This document shows positions 25,276 through 41,051 of a stretch of 64,000 nt of DNA, piece by piece. Under the pieces are notes generated by a model. That model was not told the origin of the DNA. It did not search any database and was given only the letters and a program-made list of their open reading frames with translations. The stretch comes from Dimorphilus gyrociliatus (Eukaryota > Animalia > Annelida). Location of the stretch: NCBI GenBank assembly GCA_904063045.1, contig CAJFCJ010000006.1, positions 1,775,601-1,839,600 on the forward strand. The letters are read 5' to 3'. Made by a program: the position numbers and the translations under genes. Positions within the stretch are counted from its first letter, which is position 1. Every line of letters begins with the position of its first letter.

Positions 25276-26268
25276 ATGGGAACATCGGCAATGGTTGTTG
25301 TATTTCGTAGTAGTTCCCTTAGCTGGACAGGTAAGATAATCCAATTAATCTAATTATTAATCTAACAGCTAATTATATAAAAATATATATTTAATTCAGT
25401 AAAAAACTTGATAGTATGGATAATAGCTTTAGCGCTTTTTCTACTATGGTCTTGGTATGTTTTTTGTTATGACTTTTTCAATATTTATTTATATATTAAT
25501 AAATTATATTATCGTGACTTTTTTTGTCTATTAGGTTCCTTTGGTCGAAAAAAATCAAGATTTTCTTTAAAAGGTTTATATATACAGTGTTTATTTCTTT
25601 AATGATGGTTCTTTTTCTAATTATTATATCTTTTTGGATAGAATTTGCTCTAGAAATCAACCAACAAACAATACGGTAAATTATCAGAATAGAGCATCGC
25701 CTAAAAGAGGATTAGAAGGTTTTAAATTGTATGTATTCGTTTTTTTTTCATTCCTTATTGATGACGAGTATGACGTTATAAGTTTAATTGGTTATCTTTA
25801 TTTAGTTCTATGAAAGGTACCGAAAAGATAATTATTACAAAGGATAACTCAGAATGTATTATCTGCCGAGAGAACTATAAAGATTCTTCAGAGGGTCCGC
25901 TTCTTGCTGCGCTACCTAGTTGCGGTCACTTTTATCACAATGATTGTATAAGCAAATGGTTGTTTCATCAGTTTGATCAAAAACTGGAGACTTCCTGTCC
26001 CGTTTGCAGGACTGCCGTCATCTTAAACGTTTCAGAGAATATTGCGGAAATACGGATTATAAACCCGAGCGATATAATTTTTGATCTAAGTGAAGATACA
26101 GATAGCATTTATAAAATTTCCTCGGCAAGTTCCTCATCTCCAGACAATCCTTCTTCTACTGTGCATGTTCCTATTAAATGTGAGGACGAATTATCATTTT
26201 CAATTGAAATGGACAATCGTCAAAAATATCCTAGAATATTACAAATTGATAAATATGGGACAAATTGA
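25276..26268 (+). CDS. Small TM-anchored RING-H2 E3 ligase-like protein, multi-exon
   Basis: RING-H2 pattern CIIC...CGHFYHNDC...CPVCR in ORF 25810-26268. Small in-frame upstream exons encode a hydrophobic segment (LIVWIIALALFLLWSWFLW). The start codon is less certain. Confidence 0.75.
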
Positions 26269-27905
26269 ATCATAAGATTAAGAAACTTACTTTATTTGTA
26301 TTGAAATCAAATTTATACATGTATAGAGTTAATGATTTTGTTTTTAAGCATTATAATTGATTTGATATACAGTATTGTTACTATTTACGATTAAGTCCTT
26401 CTTCTTCTATCTAACGAAAAGCCTAGATATTATCTACCATATTTCTCTTTATCTTTAAGTTAATGACACTGTTTTAAACATCGTAAAAATGAAATTGGGA
26501 CATGCTAATCATAGATAATGTTTTTTAAATGACTAATATTTTGAACACTCCTCCCTCTTTTAATTTTTATATATTTTGTTTCTTTATTGGTTTATTATCT
26601 TTCTATTTCTTTCTCTCTCTCTCTCTTCCTAAAAAAAATCAGATACCTTAATTTTTTCTACCATTATTATTATGTCATACAAATATAATATCACTTCAAA
26701 TTGAAATGTTTACAATCTATAATCTTTCGCTAAATTCAAGATAACAATAAATTAAAGAGATTATTTCAAATATTTTAGCTATTCGACTAATTTTTGAACA
26801 ATAGGGCCATCTTGTAGCCGAAATAAAGCGCATTTTCTTTTATTTAAGGAAATCGATGAACGTAAAATAAAATGAAAATAATTTTCTTCTAACATCAGTC
26901 TAATAACTGTTCAGTGAACTGATTTATGTTCATTAAATGGAATAAAGGAGACATTTTTCCTTTTTTTTTCAATTAAATAACATAAATAATAGTTAAAGAA
27001 GTAAAAGAAAAACAGTTAAAGTAGTATAATAGATTTCATGTTTTTTTATTTCTCAAAAGGAAGAAGTTAGTGATATATTCTCTTTGTCTCTCCGTCTCTC
27101 TTTCTCTTTGTTTTTACTTTTTGAATGTTAAATATTTAATTTTGGCTTGATTGATATCGTCAATCTTCCTATTTAATTTCCCTAATAAGTTTTGAACTAA
27201 TATTTAATTGAACTTGAAGGGGAGCCGCATGATTCTTTCATGTATTTGTTAACAATTTATCATTATCGTGGTCCGTAATTTACATATAAGATACTAGATA
27301 ATACAGATTAAATAAATACAGATTTCCACCTAATGTTTCTCTTTCTATGTATGTTTTACTGATAATCCATTACAGAATAATCCTTTTTAAATAGTACGGT
27401 ATAAAACTTTCACAAATATAATGATTTTAATGCCTTAATAACGGATTAATATACGATATAGAGAGATTAAGAGATAAAAAGTATTAATGGATATGTAATT
27501 ATCAGAAGCTTCCGCCTAACGAATTGTGAATTATACAAAGGCATTGTCAATGGTTATTTAGTGTATTTAATTCTTATCTTATACCTTTAATGAAATATAA
27601 TAGAGAACATTATTTTTACAAAGGATAAAAGTAGTTCAAAAGAGTTTTAGTCATAATTTCATGATGAATAATAGAAAATAATTACGCAAATTTTGAAATT
27701 ATATTCAAAAGGACACTAACAATTCTTTAAAGTTAAAGGCTAATAAGACATTAGTGTAATTTTACTGTAGAATTTTACAATTAATCGTAGAATTTTAACA
27801 TTTATTTGATATTTTGCTAAAATTACTTTTAAGCTAGCAAATTTCTAGTTATAATCAAACTTTTAGGAGATAAGAGAAAGAGAAGAAGTAGAAGATTAAA
27901 GGGAA

Positions 27906-27919
27906 AGAGAGAGAGAGCA

Positions 27920-27983
<64 letters not shown>
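27906..27983. repeat. Compound (GA)n/(GACA)n microsatellite
   Basis: Read directly from the sequence. Confidence 0.95.
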
Positions 27984-30636
27984 GGAGAAGAATTAACAAA
28001 CAAGTGATGTATTAGTTGACTAGTATGGAATCAGAGTGAAAGGAAGAAAGGGAAAAGGAGTGCTTTGGATTAGTAATAAAGAAGTTTATCGCTATAGTCT
28101 ATAAAGCATCTATAAGAAGAATATCTTTAGAAAAGTGCCCACATTCCAAGTAAAAACAAGCGGTTCTCTTTTCCAAAAGCAGAATCAATGAACGTTGAAC
28201 AAAATAGCGGAAGTCAACCAGCAAAAGCTAACAAGCCGTTTAATTTACTTTCAAAAGCGATTAATTCCAATATCAATCATAATTTTTAGGAATATAAATA
28301 CATTTATATATTAGCATAATATACGAATAAACTAACAAACTTGTATTCTTATTTGTTACATTATGACAAAAATGTATTACACTTTTAAGAACAAAAGGGA
28401 GAACTGGAGTTGTTTTTGAAAAGGGAATAATAAATAAAACGGTCTCTTTCTTTATTTTATACACATTTAGGCGGATTGATGGATGGATGGATAGATGGAA
28501 TAGGAAAAAAACGGAAAACAAATAAATAAAAAACACACAACTTGACAAGAAATAGTATTGAATATCAGTTTGTGATAATCTTTAAGATGAGATATAAGGA
28601 TCTAATGTAGCAAAAACAGGGGGATATATACAGGAAGCAGAGAATATACTGAAAGCATTAGATAAAACAGTAAATCTATATATATATACTGTATATATAG
28701 GTAACTTTGCTGTAAAGAAAGGGTTGTTAACTTTACCTATTGCTTAGGTATTTCATTATTTCTATTTAGGACTCCTCTTATTCTATCACATAATACTTTA
28801 ATAGATTATAGCTGTGACACCGAGCACAATACTCTGAGGCATTTTGACAGACGATCTGACACCATATATTTAACTAGAGAAATTCTCCATACTTCACAAA
28901 TATTAATAGGATGATAATCAATTTTTCTCTCGTCCCGAAACAAAATAGCAAGTCACTTAATTAACTGAAAAGAATTGAAAATAGGCTTAAGTTAGTTAGA
29001 GATTTTAAATATTAAAAAAATTCAATATTAAACGTTGTTGAATGTATTAACTGTTATGCTAAGAACAAAAAAAGGGGGAAACGCAATAGTCTACATATGA
29101 AAATCTAATATTTCCTAAACTATATTTAGCAAAGTCAGCAATTGATATTTATTTATTATATTCGAGGTAAGCTGGTACAATAAAACATACTATTTTTATT
29201 TACAAAGGGAGAGTATAGATTTTCGAAATGATATATCAAAATTGTCAAGTTACCGGAAAATAAAGAAATTTAAGTACATTTTTACATTCTTGTATAAATT
29301 GAGAGACAACGAAAGAAAGAGAGAGAGCGATAGAGAGGTAATGAAGAGGAATGAATTTTTATGTTACTATTTCATTTGTATATATGTTTACAAATATATA
29401 TTTATATACTAAATTCTGCCTTCTCTTTTGTGAAAGTTGGCTTTGTAACTTTTTGAATAAGCTAATATCTTTTGTACAAGTAAAGACGAGAAGCTAGCAA
29501 ATGAAAGCAAAATAAAGAAAAATATATTAACCCTAAGTAACAAACGTCCTATATTATTGCCCTTTTTTTGAAATAAATTGATTACTCCTTCCCTTTTACC
29601 CCCCACAGTTTAGCAAACAATTCAATAATCTAGTTTAATATATACAGCACTTTCTTCTCTTTCTACTTGTTTATTTGAGTGTTAAAAATGCACTTTTCAG
29701 AATTATATTAATTAATAATTTATAGAAATATATTAAAAATCTAGAAATATAAGTTATAAGTGAAATCAAGCAAATTTAATAAGGAATGTAGACATTTTTT
29801 TAAATAGATTCTTCTAAGGTAAAGTGAGAAGGGAGGTAACTTTTAATGAAAATATCTTACTAAGCATTGTAAAAATTAATAATAAGAATAAAGCGTTAAG
29901 AGAGAGAGAGCATATATATATACTAATATATAAATTTTATATATGTGTGTAGAAGGGAGGTGATAGAAAGAAGGGAGAAAAAAAATGGTTTAGAGAAGGA
30001 GGATAGGTGAGAAAAGTAAATTTTTATCTTAATTTAATCTAATATTAACTTACTATAATATGTAAGAATGGGTATTAAAAGAAATGCCCTCTTTCTTGGA
30101 GATATACAATCACGTGATTTTATAAAAACAAGAATCAACTAATGAGAATAAATCACCGCCGCTCCAAAAAGGATAGGAAGTAAACTATAGTAGTAAATTG
30201 AATAGCTTCTAATAGTAAACATCACATTGTTGATAGTAAACAAATAGAAATAAAAAATATATTAATGAGCAAAAGAAAGAATATAAAGTTTAAAGACTTT
30301 TCCCGTCTAATAGAATGAATAATAAACCTCTTGAATAAATAAGCTTAATAACGCTAAATTTTCCATTATTAACCTATTGATTATCCACACTATAGATTAA
30401 AATATATTTTAATAATATCAGATACATTGTTTTGTAAATAAATACGTTTTTATATAATCAATAAATTTGGAACAAATGAAATTGCCCTTCTTGTGAATAT
30501 CGAGTAAAAAAGCAGAGTAAACTGTTAATCCTAATTTATTCTTTTCTCTGAGAGAGAAATATTGATAACAATATCTACCTGCCAATATAAATTGGCTATT
30601 CTAATACACTTAATAATAAAAGCTAAGAGAAGAGCA

Positions 30637-31724
30637 ATGAGAAAAACTTCTTTACCTATTTTAATTTTATTTATAGTTGTACTAGTTACGTTCTTATCAT
30701 ATAATTTTAAAGAAGATGTAAAAAGGAATACTAAAGATAAGGCTTTTGTAAAAGTTGATAAAGAAAACGATGGAAGAGACAAGAAAATCGGTCTGAAGTC
30801 GCCTGAAGGTAGAATAACATCTTTACTAGAAAAGTCAAACCATAGTTTAGTCCCAAATATTGTTCATTATGTATGGTTCTCTGTTGATGAACGGTTGAAA
30901 TTTCACCAAATGATTAGTATCCGTTCAGCATATTTATTTATTAAACCGGAAATGATTATTTTACATTGTGATAACGAACCTGTAGGTCGTTGGTGGAAAT
31001 ATGTTAAGAATTTTGTAAAAACTTTGATAATAAGAAAGACAACCCCTCCCAGGGAAATTCTAGGAAAGAGGCTAGTCAAAGTAGAACATCAATCTGATAT
31101 TGCAAGAATCCAAATATTACAGCAGTATGGAGGAATTTATTTGGATTTTGACGTAATAGCTTTAAAATCATTCAAAAATTTACGATATTATAATTTTACT
31201 ATGGGATTAGAATATTTCGGGACTCCTGGTAAGTGCTTTATAAATAGACTTACATTAATCTAACTCAACTATATATTTTTTCAATTCTTTTTTCTTTTCG
31301 TCTTCCTGAATCGTGTCTAATATTTGTTTAAGGGAGATTAAACAACGGGATAATTATATCTGAGAGAAACGCAACTTTCCTTCGAATGTGGTTAGACAGC
31401 TATAAAACATTCAATCCTTCCGAATGGGATGAGCATGATTGTCAAGAACCTTATAAATTAATGTTTAAATATCCACACCTTGTTCATATTGAGGAGAAGA
31501 CTCTAAATTATCCTTCTGGAAAGCCTACTGAATTAAAACTAATTTATGAAGGTCTTTATAATTGGACTGCCAATTATGCAATTCACACTTGGTATAGATT
31601 ATACGAATTAGAACATGGCCCAGATTCAATTAAAACAATGAATACTACTTACGGAGAAATCTGTAGATTGATCTATTATGGAAATTCAACTTTAATTAAG
31701 CCAAAAACTCGGTTAAAGGGTTAG
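30637..31724 (+). CDS. GT32-family (alpha-1,4-glycosyltransferase-like) DxD glycosyltransferase, 2 exons
   Basis: Type II membrane anchor (LPILILFIVVLVTFL), VPNIVHYVWF and SDIARIQILQQYGGIYLDFDV. One intron at about 31230-31332 joins the two ORFs in frame. Confidence 0.88.
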
Positions 31725-32273
31725 TCAACGACTGGGTATTCTATTTCTGGACATCGTAATAGAATCTATCTAAAATTATCTGGTAATTATAGATTAATTT
31801 TTTACCTGGGAATATAATATAATATGCTTTAAAAGCGATTTTCTTGGAAAACTACTCAAAAGAGCACAGTTATTTTTAAAGATGTTTGTCCTTAAAGTTC
31901 AAATGTTTGTTGAAGGAAAAAAGATTCTATTTACAATTGCAACATACTGTATATTATGAGTTTTTTAATTCATACTTCTATTAATACAATTTTAATAAAT
32001 AGATTAAACTACTATATATATATATAAATATGTATATTAGAAGAATTTTCATCCATTTTGCGATGACTAAATGGTACAACTCTTTACAGTATATAGTAGA
32101 TACTATATGCATATTAATTTTCAAGTATACGCGGTATACTCTACAATACCAATAGGTGGCGGTATTTCTTATATAACTGCAATAGTATATATACTGTGTA
32201 TATATCTATCTAAGTTTATTGGAAGAAATTTTGATATTGATTGCTAGGATAAAAATAAGGGGTAAAAAACAAT

Positions 32274-32277
<4 letters not shown>

Positions 32278-32307
<30 letters not shown>

Positions 32308-32352
32308 CAAAAAAAGAGGATAGAGAGGTGAAAGAGGTGAGAGAAGGGGGAA

Positions 32353-32427
<75 letters not shown>
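32278..32427. repeat. (GA)n tracts followed by (GACA)n microsatellite
   Basis: Read directly from the sequence. Confidence 0.93.
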
Positions 32428-32575
32428 GTTAGGCAGACAGATGGATAGGATAATATAAATTAATAAAAAAAAGCATTCCTTTTCATTTCTGTGTAAAAGT
32501 TAAAAAGAAAAATCTTTATAAAGACAAACATGTTTTTCCACATATGCATATGACGGTATATGTATATTTAAACAC

Positions 32576-32607
<32 letters not shown>

Positions 32608-34366
32608 CTGTATATACTATATAGTTTACGTAGTATTTTATACATTCATCATATACGCGTAAACATTTTCACTATACTATCCTTCTCTTCATCTATATAT
32701 CTTTGCTTTCGCCAATCCCAAAACCAAAACATTGCTGCATCTCTTTATAAAACCATATGGATTATTAAGTAGAATCGTTTATTGTATTATCATAGTTAGG
32801 CCTAATTTTTCGTGGGGTAATTTGTTCGCAGCAACCAACTTCTTACAGCTAATCCGAATCAATAAATTGTTCATTTAATTAACGAGTACATTAATTACTC
32901 TTCAATCATGTGAATCTTAACTCGTTAAATTAATATCTTGTAGCATATAGACTTTTCACATCTAGGCCTATTATTATATGTTTAACTCAAATCATGTTGT
33001 CTTACTTATCATATATTTCTTCTGTCGACTAAATGAAGCTATTAAGTTTAAATAAATGATTCCTGAAAAGGAGGGATAAGATTATGTGAAAGAGAATGAA
33101 AATGAAGAGAGAAAAGGTGCTGTTCTCCTCCTCTAACCTTTGTCATTGGAAAGGACGACTGATTCCACGAAACCGGAAGGACGATTAATACGTAAGGTGT
33201 GAAGTATACAAGAGATTATTAAAGTGGGGACATTTTTCTTATTGGAATCCTTACTATCCAGCTCCATCATTACAGAGTTGAAGAGCGTAAAATATATTCC
33301 TTTTCATGGAGGAAAAAAAGAAGTTTTTTTTATACGCATCAACTAATTCAGTTGTTTTCACTCAATTCTAACACAACCTGTTTATGTGAATATGAAAAGA
33401 AATTTATATGTAAAAATTCTTCCTGCCGTCACCAAGATTAGCGGGAACACGGCTGGGTCTATTTGTAAATTCCTCTTTACGGTAAGAGGAATGTTTTTTC
33501 CTTTCATGCGGTTACGTTCCTATCTTAATCGATTATCAAAATATAAAAAAGATAAGATTAAGGATAAAAAACTAAGGGTGGAAAGAGAGAAAAGAGTGAA
33601 AAAGAAATCGTGACAAACGTTTAAATTCAATCCCTATTATTCGAGTGTGAATTATAGCTTGATTTCAGCTAATTTTCAATGAAATACTTAGAATTTCTCT
33701 GTTGTTTTCTCTTTTCTCTATAAATTTATAGGTTGCGGATAAATAAATAAGGATGTAAGAAAATACTGCGGAATATATGAATGAATGACAAAAAGAGAAA
33801 GAAAGCGAAAGAAAATGAAACCCATCTATTCGTCGGTATATTTCTTATAATGAAATCTGGCCACAGCTAAAACAATTTGAAATCGTTAAGGTGACAACCA
33901 TCCAAATAGCAATAGGCAGTTAGCTACAGAGACTGGGTCAAAGATGGAAGATATGTTTAAGAAGAAAAAACTAATAAAAAATGATCATATATTGAGGAAT
34001 ATCGTGTATAGTCAATACTTTGTATATAGCTACCTATATATTAATAAATAAGTGCATCTAACAAACAATATGTTTGTAAAAAGAAAGGCATAGTCTGGAT
34101 AGAAGAAAGGAATGATATATATATATAAAACTCTCCTAAATGGGCGAATAAACCTGATCAGATAAACAAATTAAAAACAATAGCACGATCAGAATATTTT
34201 TCCTTCGGTGTGTTTTTTTGTTGTACAAGAAGAAAATAAAACTTCAGTTGAACGACGATAGATCAGCGGACGTCCTGAAGTAAAACGGATGAAGTAATGG
34301 AATTAAATGGCCTGGATAAAAAGTGGGAGAAGAGTCGAGAGAGAAAAAAATATAGAGAGGGTAGAA

Positions 34367-34406
<40 letters not shown>

Positions 34407-34827
34407 AGAGGTTGAAGGGGAAGATGTGAGAGAATGAGAGACAGAGACATCGAATGGCAAAGAAGTTTTTTTTTATTTTTTTTATTTCTTTGTAAACAAT
34501 ATTAAATTTTTTTTCCTTTACAAACATTGTTTGTCAATAATAACATAAAAAAACCAATTTTCCAACTTTTTACTATGGCAATATACTCTATATTAACAAG
34601 AACACCCTATGAATACTGTTCATTATCTTATTTCCTAAATTTTCTTTTAACCCATTGTACTTAACAGATGTACATTTAAAGAGTCCTTTTACTATTTAAT
34701 TACCTTGATTTCATAAATTTTCCAAGTAAAATACAGCTATTTCCTAATTAAGTTCTTAATAAATTGACAGTGGTACACACCGAACAGCGTTTACTCTATT
34801 CAAATATTTACGGAGAAATGATGGAAT

Positions 34828-34839
34828 TGCGCATGCGCA
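34828..34839. promoter_or_regulatory. Perfect NRF1/EWG-type palindrome TGCGCATGCGCA, probably in a promoter upstream of the GPCR 5' UTR exons
   Basis: Exact palindrome in a locally GC-richer island. Function is inferred from the consensus. Confidence 0.45.
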
Positions 34840-37190
34840 TCACAGATATAAGAAACGTCTATGCGAGAGTAATTGCAGATTTCAAATTCCGTCGCGAACA
34901 TAGTAATTTACCAAGACTTTTCTATAACAGGGAAGTTTCTTTTTTTCCTTATTTCTCTGTTTTTCTTCTTTTTTTTTATTATTATTGGATTTTACGTTAA
35001 CTAAAAAACGAAATTTTCCATCATTCTTCACAAAAAGTCAATAGTGGAAAATATTTAAATAAAAAGGAATAGGATAAGAAAAGTATTGCATGGATGAGTG
35101 AAAAAAAAATTGCGATAAACGTCATCTAGCGGTAGATCGAGGCTTATCCATGTTTGCCTTCATAGGCCATTCGAAACACCGAGTTCTACAGGTTTGCTTT
35201 TATCTATAACTGCGTTTGTCCGTGCTCGTTCTAGCGGGAAATCGGACGGTTTCTTTTTTTTTTTTTTGGAATGTTTTCTCTTTTATTTGTATGTACTCAG
35301 TGTGTATTCGATTCTTTTTTTTATATATATACATCTAATATACTGTATATCTAGACTAGTAAAAAAAAAAACAACACTTAAAAAAAATAAGAACTTCGTT
35401 CTGTTATAAGTAATTTATTAAAACGAAAACAAAATAAAATACGATTAATATTAGTTAATTAATAAGTAATTGATAATTAATTATAATTAAATATATTTAA
35501 AAACTATAAATAATAAAAAGAAAAACGAACTGATCAAAAAACGGATGCAAATAAAATTATTTTTTTTTTTTAACTATTTAATCGTTTATTTATTTTATTT
35601 ATTAGTTTTATAATAATTATAATTTTTTTTTAAAAAAAAAACAAAACTGGCAAAATTTTCTTTTTCTTTTTAATTTTAACTTAGTAATCGCTTGACGATC
35701 CGTGACAAGGACGTATCAAAAGTATTCTGAGCTTGATGGGAAATCTTTCAACGGTCGCATTGAGTCTATTCTTTTCAGTAAGAGTATAATAAGATATATT
35801 AATAATTTACAAAATCTAAAAAAGAAAAGAGACAAATGTTTGTATATATATATATATACATTTATATAGTTATAATCACAAATTGAAGAGTTAATTCCCT
35901 ACTTGTTTGCTTTCTCTTAATATTGGCAATTTATTCGTGAATTTTTTTATTATTATGCAATATCTATTCATTCTTATATTTAAATTATATCTGATGAGCT
36001 TAAGGTATTTTTAAAGTGTTCTATTGCTATTCGTACGTTTTAGAATGATTGTGAGGTGGGCCGGAAGTTAGTTTATGGGGAAAAAATCAGTTTCAAGAAT
36101 AGAATATTCCAATTTTTTCTCGCTCTTCCCTCATCTCTCTCTTTTACTCTCTCACTCACTTTCTCTCCTTCTCTCCTTCTGTCTCTCTCCCTCTCTCTCT
36201 CTCTTTTCTCTACACTGAGATGTTTAGAGTAAACAGCCCGTATAGAAGATGTCAAGTCGCAGTGAATAGGAAATGAGTAATTCTTACGTCTTTCGTATGG
36301 AGTTTATCAGAAAAATTTTTATCATAAGAAAAGGAGAAGATGAAGAAAAGGAGAAACGAGAAGTAACTGTAAATTTCTTTTAGAGATGTTTACTATTTTT
36401 TTATAAATGATACTCTAAAAAAAAACGTTAAAAACTAGCTAATTTAACAAGAAATATTCCAGTTTCTTCTGTTTATTTATCATTTATTTATCCATAGAGC
36501 ACATGTTGTTTGTTAGAACCTGCTGCGAACCTATCTAAACATAAAACTATAGTTGCCGCCGGCCATCATATTTATTATCCCGTCAGACCTATCGTAATAA
36601 ACAAAAACGACCTCAACGGCTTAAAGTATACTCGCTAAAAGTCATTCTTTGTAGAGGCGTTACCCTTCCTTTTCAAATTTATATTAAAGAATTTATCATG
36701 GGTCCTATCTCTTTTTTATGATACATTCTATGCAAATGCTTAGGAGTTAGGAGATAAGGTAAAAACTAACATTTATTAAGCAATATAAACAAGCAATATA
36801 TCACGCTCTTTACTCGTATATACGACTTAAATATAGTTTTTAGTCACTTTCTCAACCATTGTAGACGCCTTGACGAGGGCAATGTCGGTAATAAAAGACT
36901 CGGTCGATGCTTATTTTTCCTATTCTTTATGCCGTACGATTCGTCTCCCCTCTCTATTTATACTTGTAAATGTGAACCCATAGCTTTTTATGAAAGAAAC
37001 AAGGAAATATACATATAAAAGAAATTTTTTTTGTGACTTGTAATAAGTGATTTGGTCTGGTTATGAAAATAGTCCAAAAATTTCATTTTGTTCCTTTTTC
37101 CTTTCGATTTACCACTATCACCAGGGAATATTTTTTCTCTTCGTTATGTTACTATATACCTATATTTTTTTTATATTTTTCTCCTTCTAT

Positions 37191-37229
<39 letters not shown>

Positions 37230-37620
37230 CTTTCCATCTCTCTCTTCTTCGCACCCTTATTTTTTATTATACAATATAGCTTTTCATAGAGCAGCATCCC
37301 TGGAAACTTTTAATAATCTAACTACAAAAAAGTAGTAGGGAGTTTTAATAACGCTTCCGTCTAATTGTAATTAGACGCGAGACCAAACAGGAAAAGTAAA
37401 AATGAAAGGACAAAAAAAAATTACGGGTTTATGTATGTGCTTTTTAAATATACGAGACATATATTTTCATCGTTAAAAATAAGGGGAGAGAGTGATTTAT
37501 TCATGAAAATATGAATTATTGTCTATTTGCACATTTGATATAGAATGTTCAGTTGGTGCCTTATGAATATTGAAGAGTTTTGAAGAGATAATCTTATTTT
37601 TTATGGCTTATAGGATACAC

Positions 37621-39661
37621 ATGACGAACGAAACCGACTACGTCATCGTCTACGGAACACAGAATTTAGTTGAATTTTCGAAACGATACGCCAAATGGCA
37701 TGGATGGGTCAGCTTGATAATCTGTAGCTTGGGTATAATTGGAAACGTTTTTAACATAATTGTACTAACTAGAAAGACTATGATAAGCACGACGAATTAT
37801 CTACTTACCGCATTGGCTGTAAGTGATCTTTTCACGATGCTTAGTTACGTTCCATTCGCCTTACATTTCTACATAATCTTCGAACCTATGGTATCCCCAG
37901 AAAGAGATACGAAAACTTGGGGTAAATTCCTTGTATTTCACCTCAACTTTACGGTTACTACTCATACTACTGCAATTTGGTTGGGGGTTGTGCTAAGCGC
38001 CTTCCGTTACTCTTTTATAAGAGGTTCCAATCGTTTTAGTTCATGGTGGATCTTTGGTGTTTACGTTTGTTCCGTTATTATATTGATACCGATGTATTTA
38101 TCGGTTAGATTAAAGGAAGAAACTTCAGGAAACAACAATTCAATATATGTTATTGCCGAACCTCCGCCAGACTCGTCTTATTCATTAATAGTAACACGTC
38201 TCAACTTTTGGATACACGCTATTTTAATAAAACTGTTACCTTGTATACTAATGTTGGTTTTCGGGCTGCTCTTGGTTTGGACTTTAAAAAGAACAGAGAC
38301 CAAGAGCTTACAATTAAGGTAAGAAGAACTTAAATGGAAAACGTTTAGTGGGGTTTCTTAACAGGAAAAGTAGAAACAGGAAAAAAATTATATTTTTACT
38401 TCCACATTTATATAGTTTTAGTTTAAACAAAAAGCCTTTTAATAGGGCTTTATTGGGAATAGGGTTTCGTGACACTTGGATTATGTTCATATATAAAGTC
38501 TTATTTATATCATAAATGCAAATAGAATTTAAAGTTTGTGCTATAGTCTGTTTGTATATACTGCCTGAGGGCAGCATATACTTTTAAGTATATGAAATAG
38601 TTTATCGTTTTATTGTTTAATTTACTAAAAAATTATGCCATTTCCCTACAGGCGTCAAAGTCGAAGTGAAAACTTTAAAGTACGCATGCGTGAGCATGCA
38701 AGAACAACCAGAATGTTGGTTGTCGTTATAACGCTCTTCTTAATAACTGAACTACCGCAAGGATTTTTAACGTTATGTTCTGGTTCAATGAGAGGCTTTC
38801 ATCGTGCCGTATATACGCCTTTAGGAGATATTATGGATTTGGTAGCTTTAGTTAATAATGCCATTAATTTTACTTGCTATTGCACGATGTCGAAGCAATT
38901 TAGGCAGACTTTCCTAAAGCTCTTTTGTCCTCAGTATAGGCAAACTGAAACTGCTACGGTACGTTTATATAAAGGGCAACCTGAAGAACACTTTGAGTTT
39001 TTTTATTCAATTGAGATAAGAGGCGCATTATTATATTTAGGTCGAAAAAACCATTTAGCTGTTCTTTATTTTCCTCCTTTCATCATCTTGTTTTATTTCT
39101 TATTTTTTTTCCAAAAAGCTTCAACTACTCACTTGTTTCTTTCTACGCATCCCTTTTCTCGCCTTTATAAAACAAATCCACGAATTCTTATTCTCATTAT
39201 AAAATGATATAGCAATACGATATTTGTGACTTTTAAACAGTATACTCTGCTGTGAAAAGGAATCATATATTCATCTTCACTTTTTTCAATCCTCTTACTC
39301 AACAATTCTAATATTAAAGGTTGACTTGGCAATGTATATATATAAGTTTATATATATATGGATATAGATATTTATATATAGATATATCTTGACTTAAATA
39401 ATCCTTTTAAAATAGTAACACTTGATTAATAATATATTCTAATTATAACAGGAGTATAGCGTTAGTCGTGCTCTTATTAGTAGAACGTTTGAACAAAGCC
39501 AAAGACGGAGATCGTCAGCAGTCAGCCACCAAACTCGACTCTCTTCCTTGGCCTCGTTATTCTGCCTTTCAGTGAATAATAATGAAGAAGATGGTGAAGT
39601 AGATCAGGGAGTGACAGAGGGAAACGAAGATGAATTAAAGATTCAAACAGTCGCCGTATAG
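37621..39661 (+). CDS. Rhodopsin-family peptide GPCR, DmsR/myosuppressin-myomodulin-receptor-like, 3 coding exons
   Basis: Seven hydrophobic segments with HGWVSLIICSLGIIGNVFNIIVLTR, TNYLLTALAVSD, FRY in place of DRY, KLLPC, ELPQG and NNAINFTCYCTMSKQFR. Exons are about 37621-38318, 38652-38958 and 39452-39661, ending ...QTVAV*. Confidence 0.88.
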
Positions 39662-39927
39662 GTTCAGATAACAGACTCTTTATGTGGGCGAAATATACAT
39701 GCACACATAAAATAACATTGAACCAATCGTATAGTGTGTGTATGGTATAAACAATTTCATTGTATTTTAATAATGACCGTTTGGATTTCAAGCTGTATCT
39801 TACATATCAATAAAAGAGAATGTCCGTTCTTTTGTACACAGTATGTTAGTAGCGCTAGAGCTATATAAAGCTTGTTTTTGCATCGGCTGAGACTCTATAT
39901 CGGCTCGTTAGTTGCAATTCTTAAGAT

Positions 39928-41051
<1,124 letters not shown>

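Noticed and set aside
26300-30500. Long intergenic stretch searched for tRNA, snRNA, CRISPR-like arrays or transposon ORFs
   Set aside because: I found only microsatellites, A/T tracts and ORFs under 100 aa without motifs. No spaced direct repeats, terminal inverted repeats or RNA-gene signatures were recognised.
34244-37335. Several 60-90 aa ORFs with SLSLSL runs
   Set aside because: They are translations of (CT)n/(GA)n microsatellites and T-rich intronic DNA.
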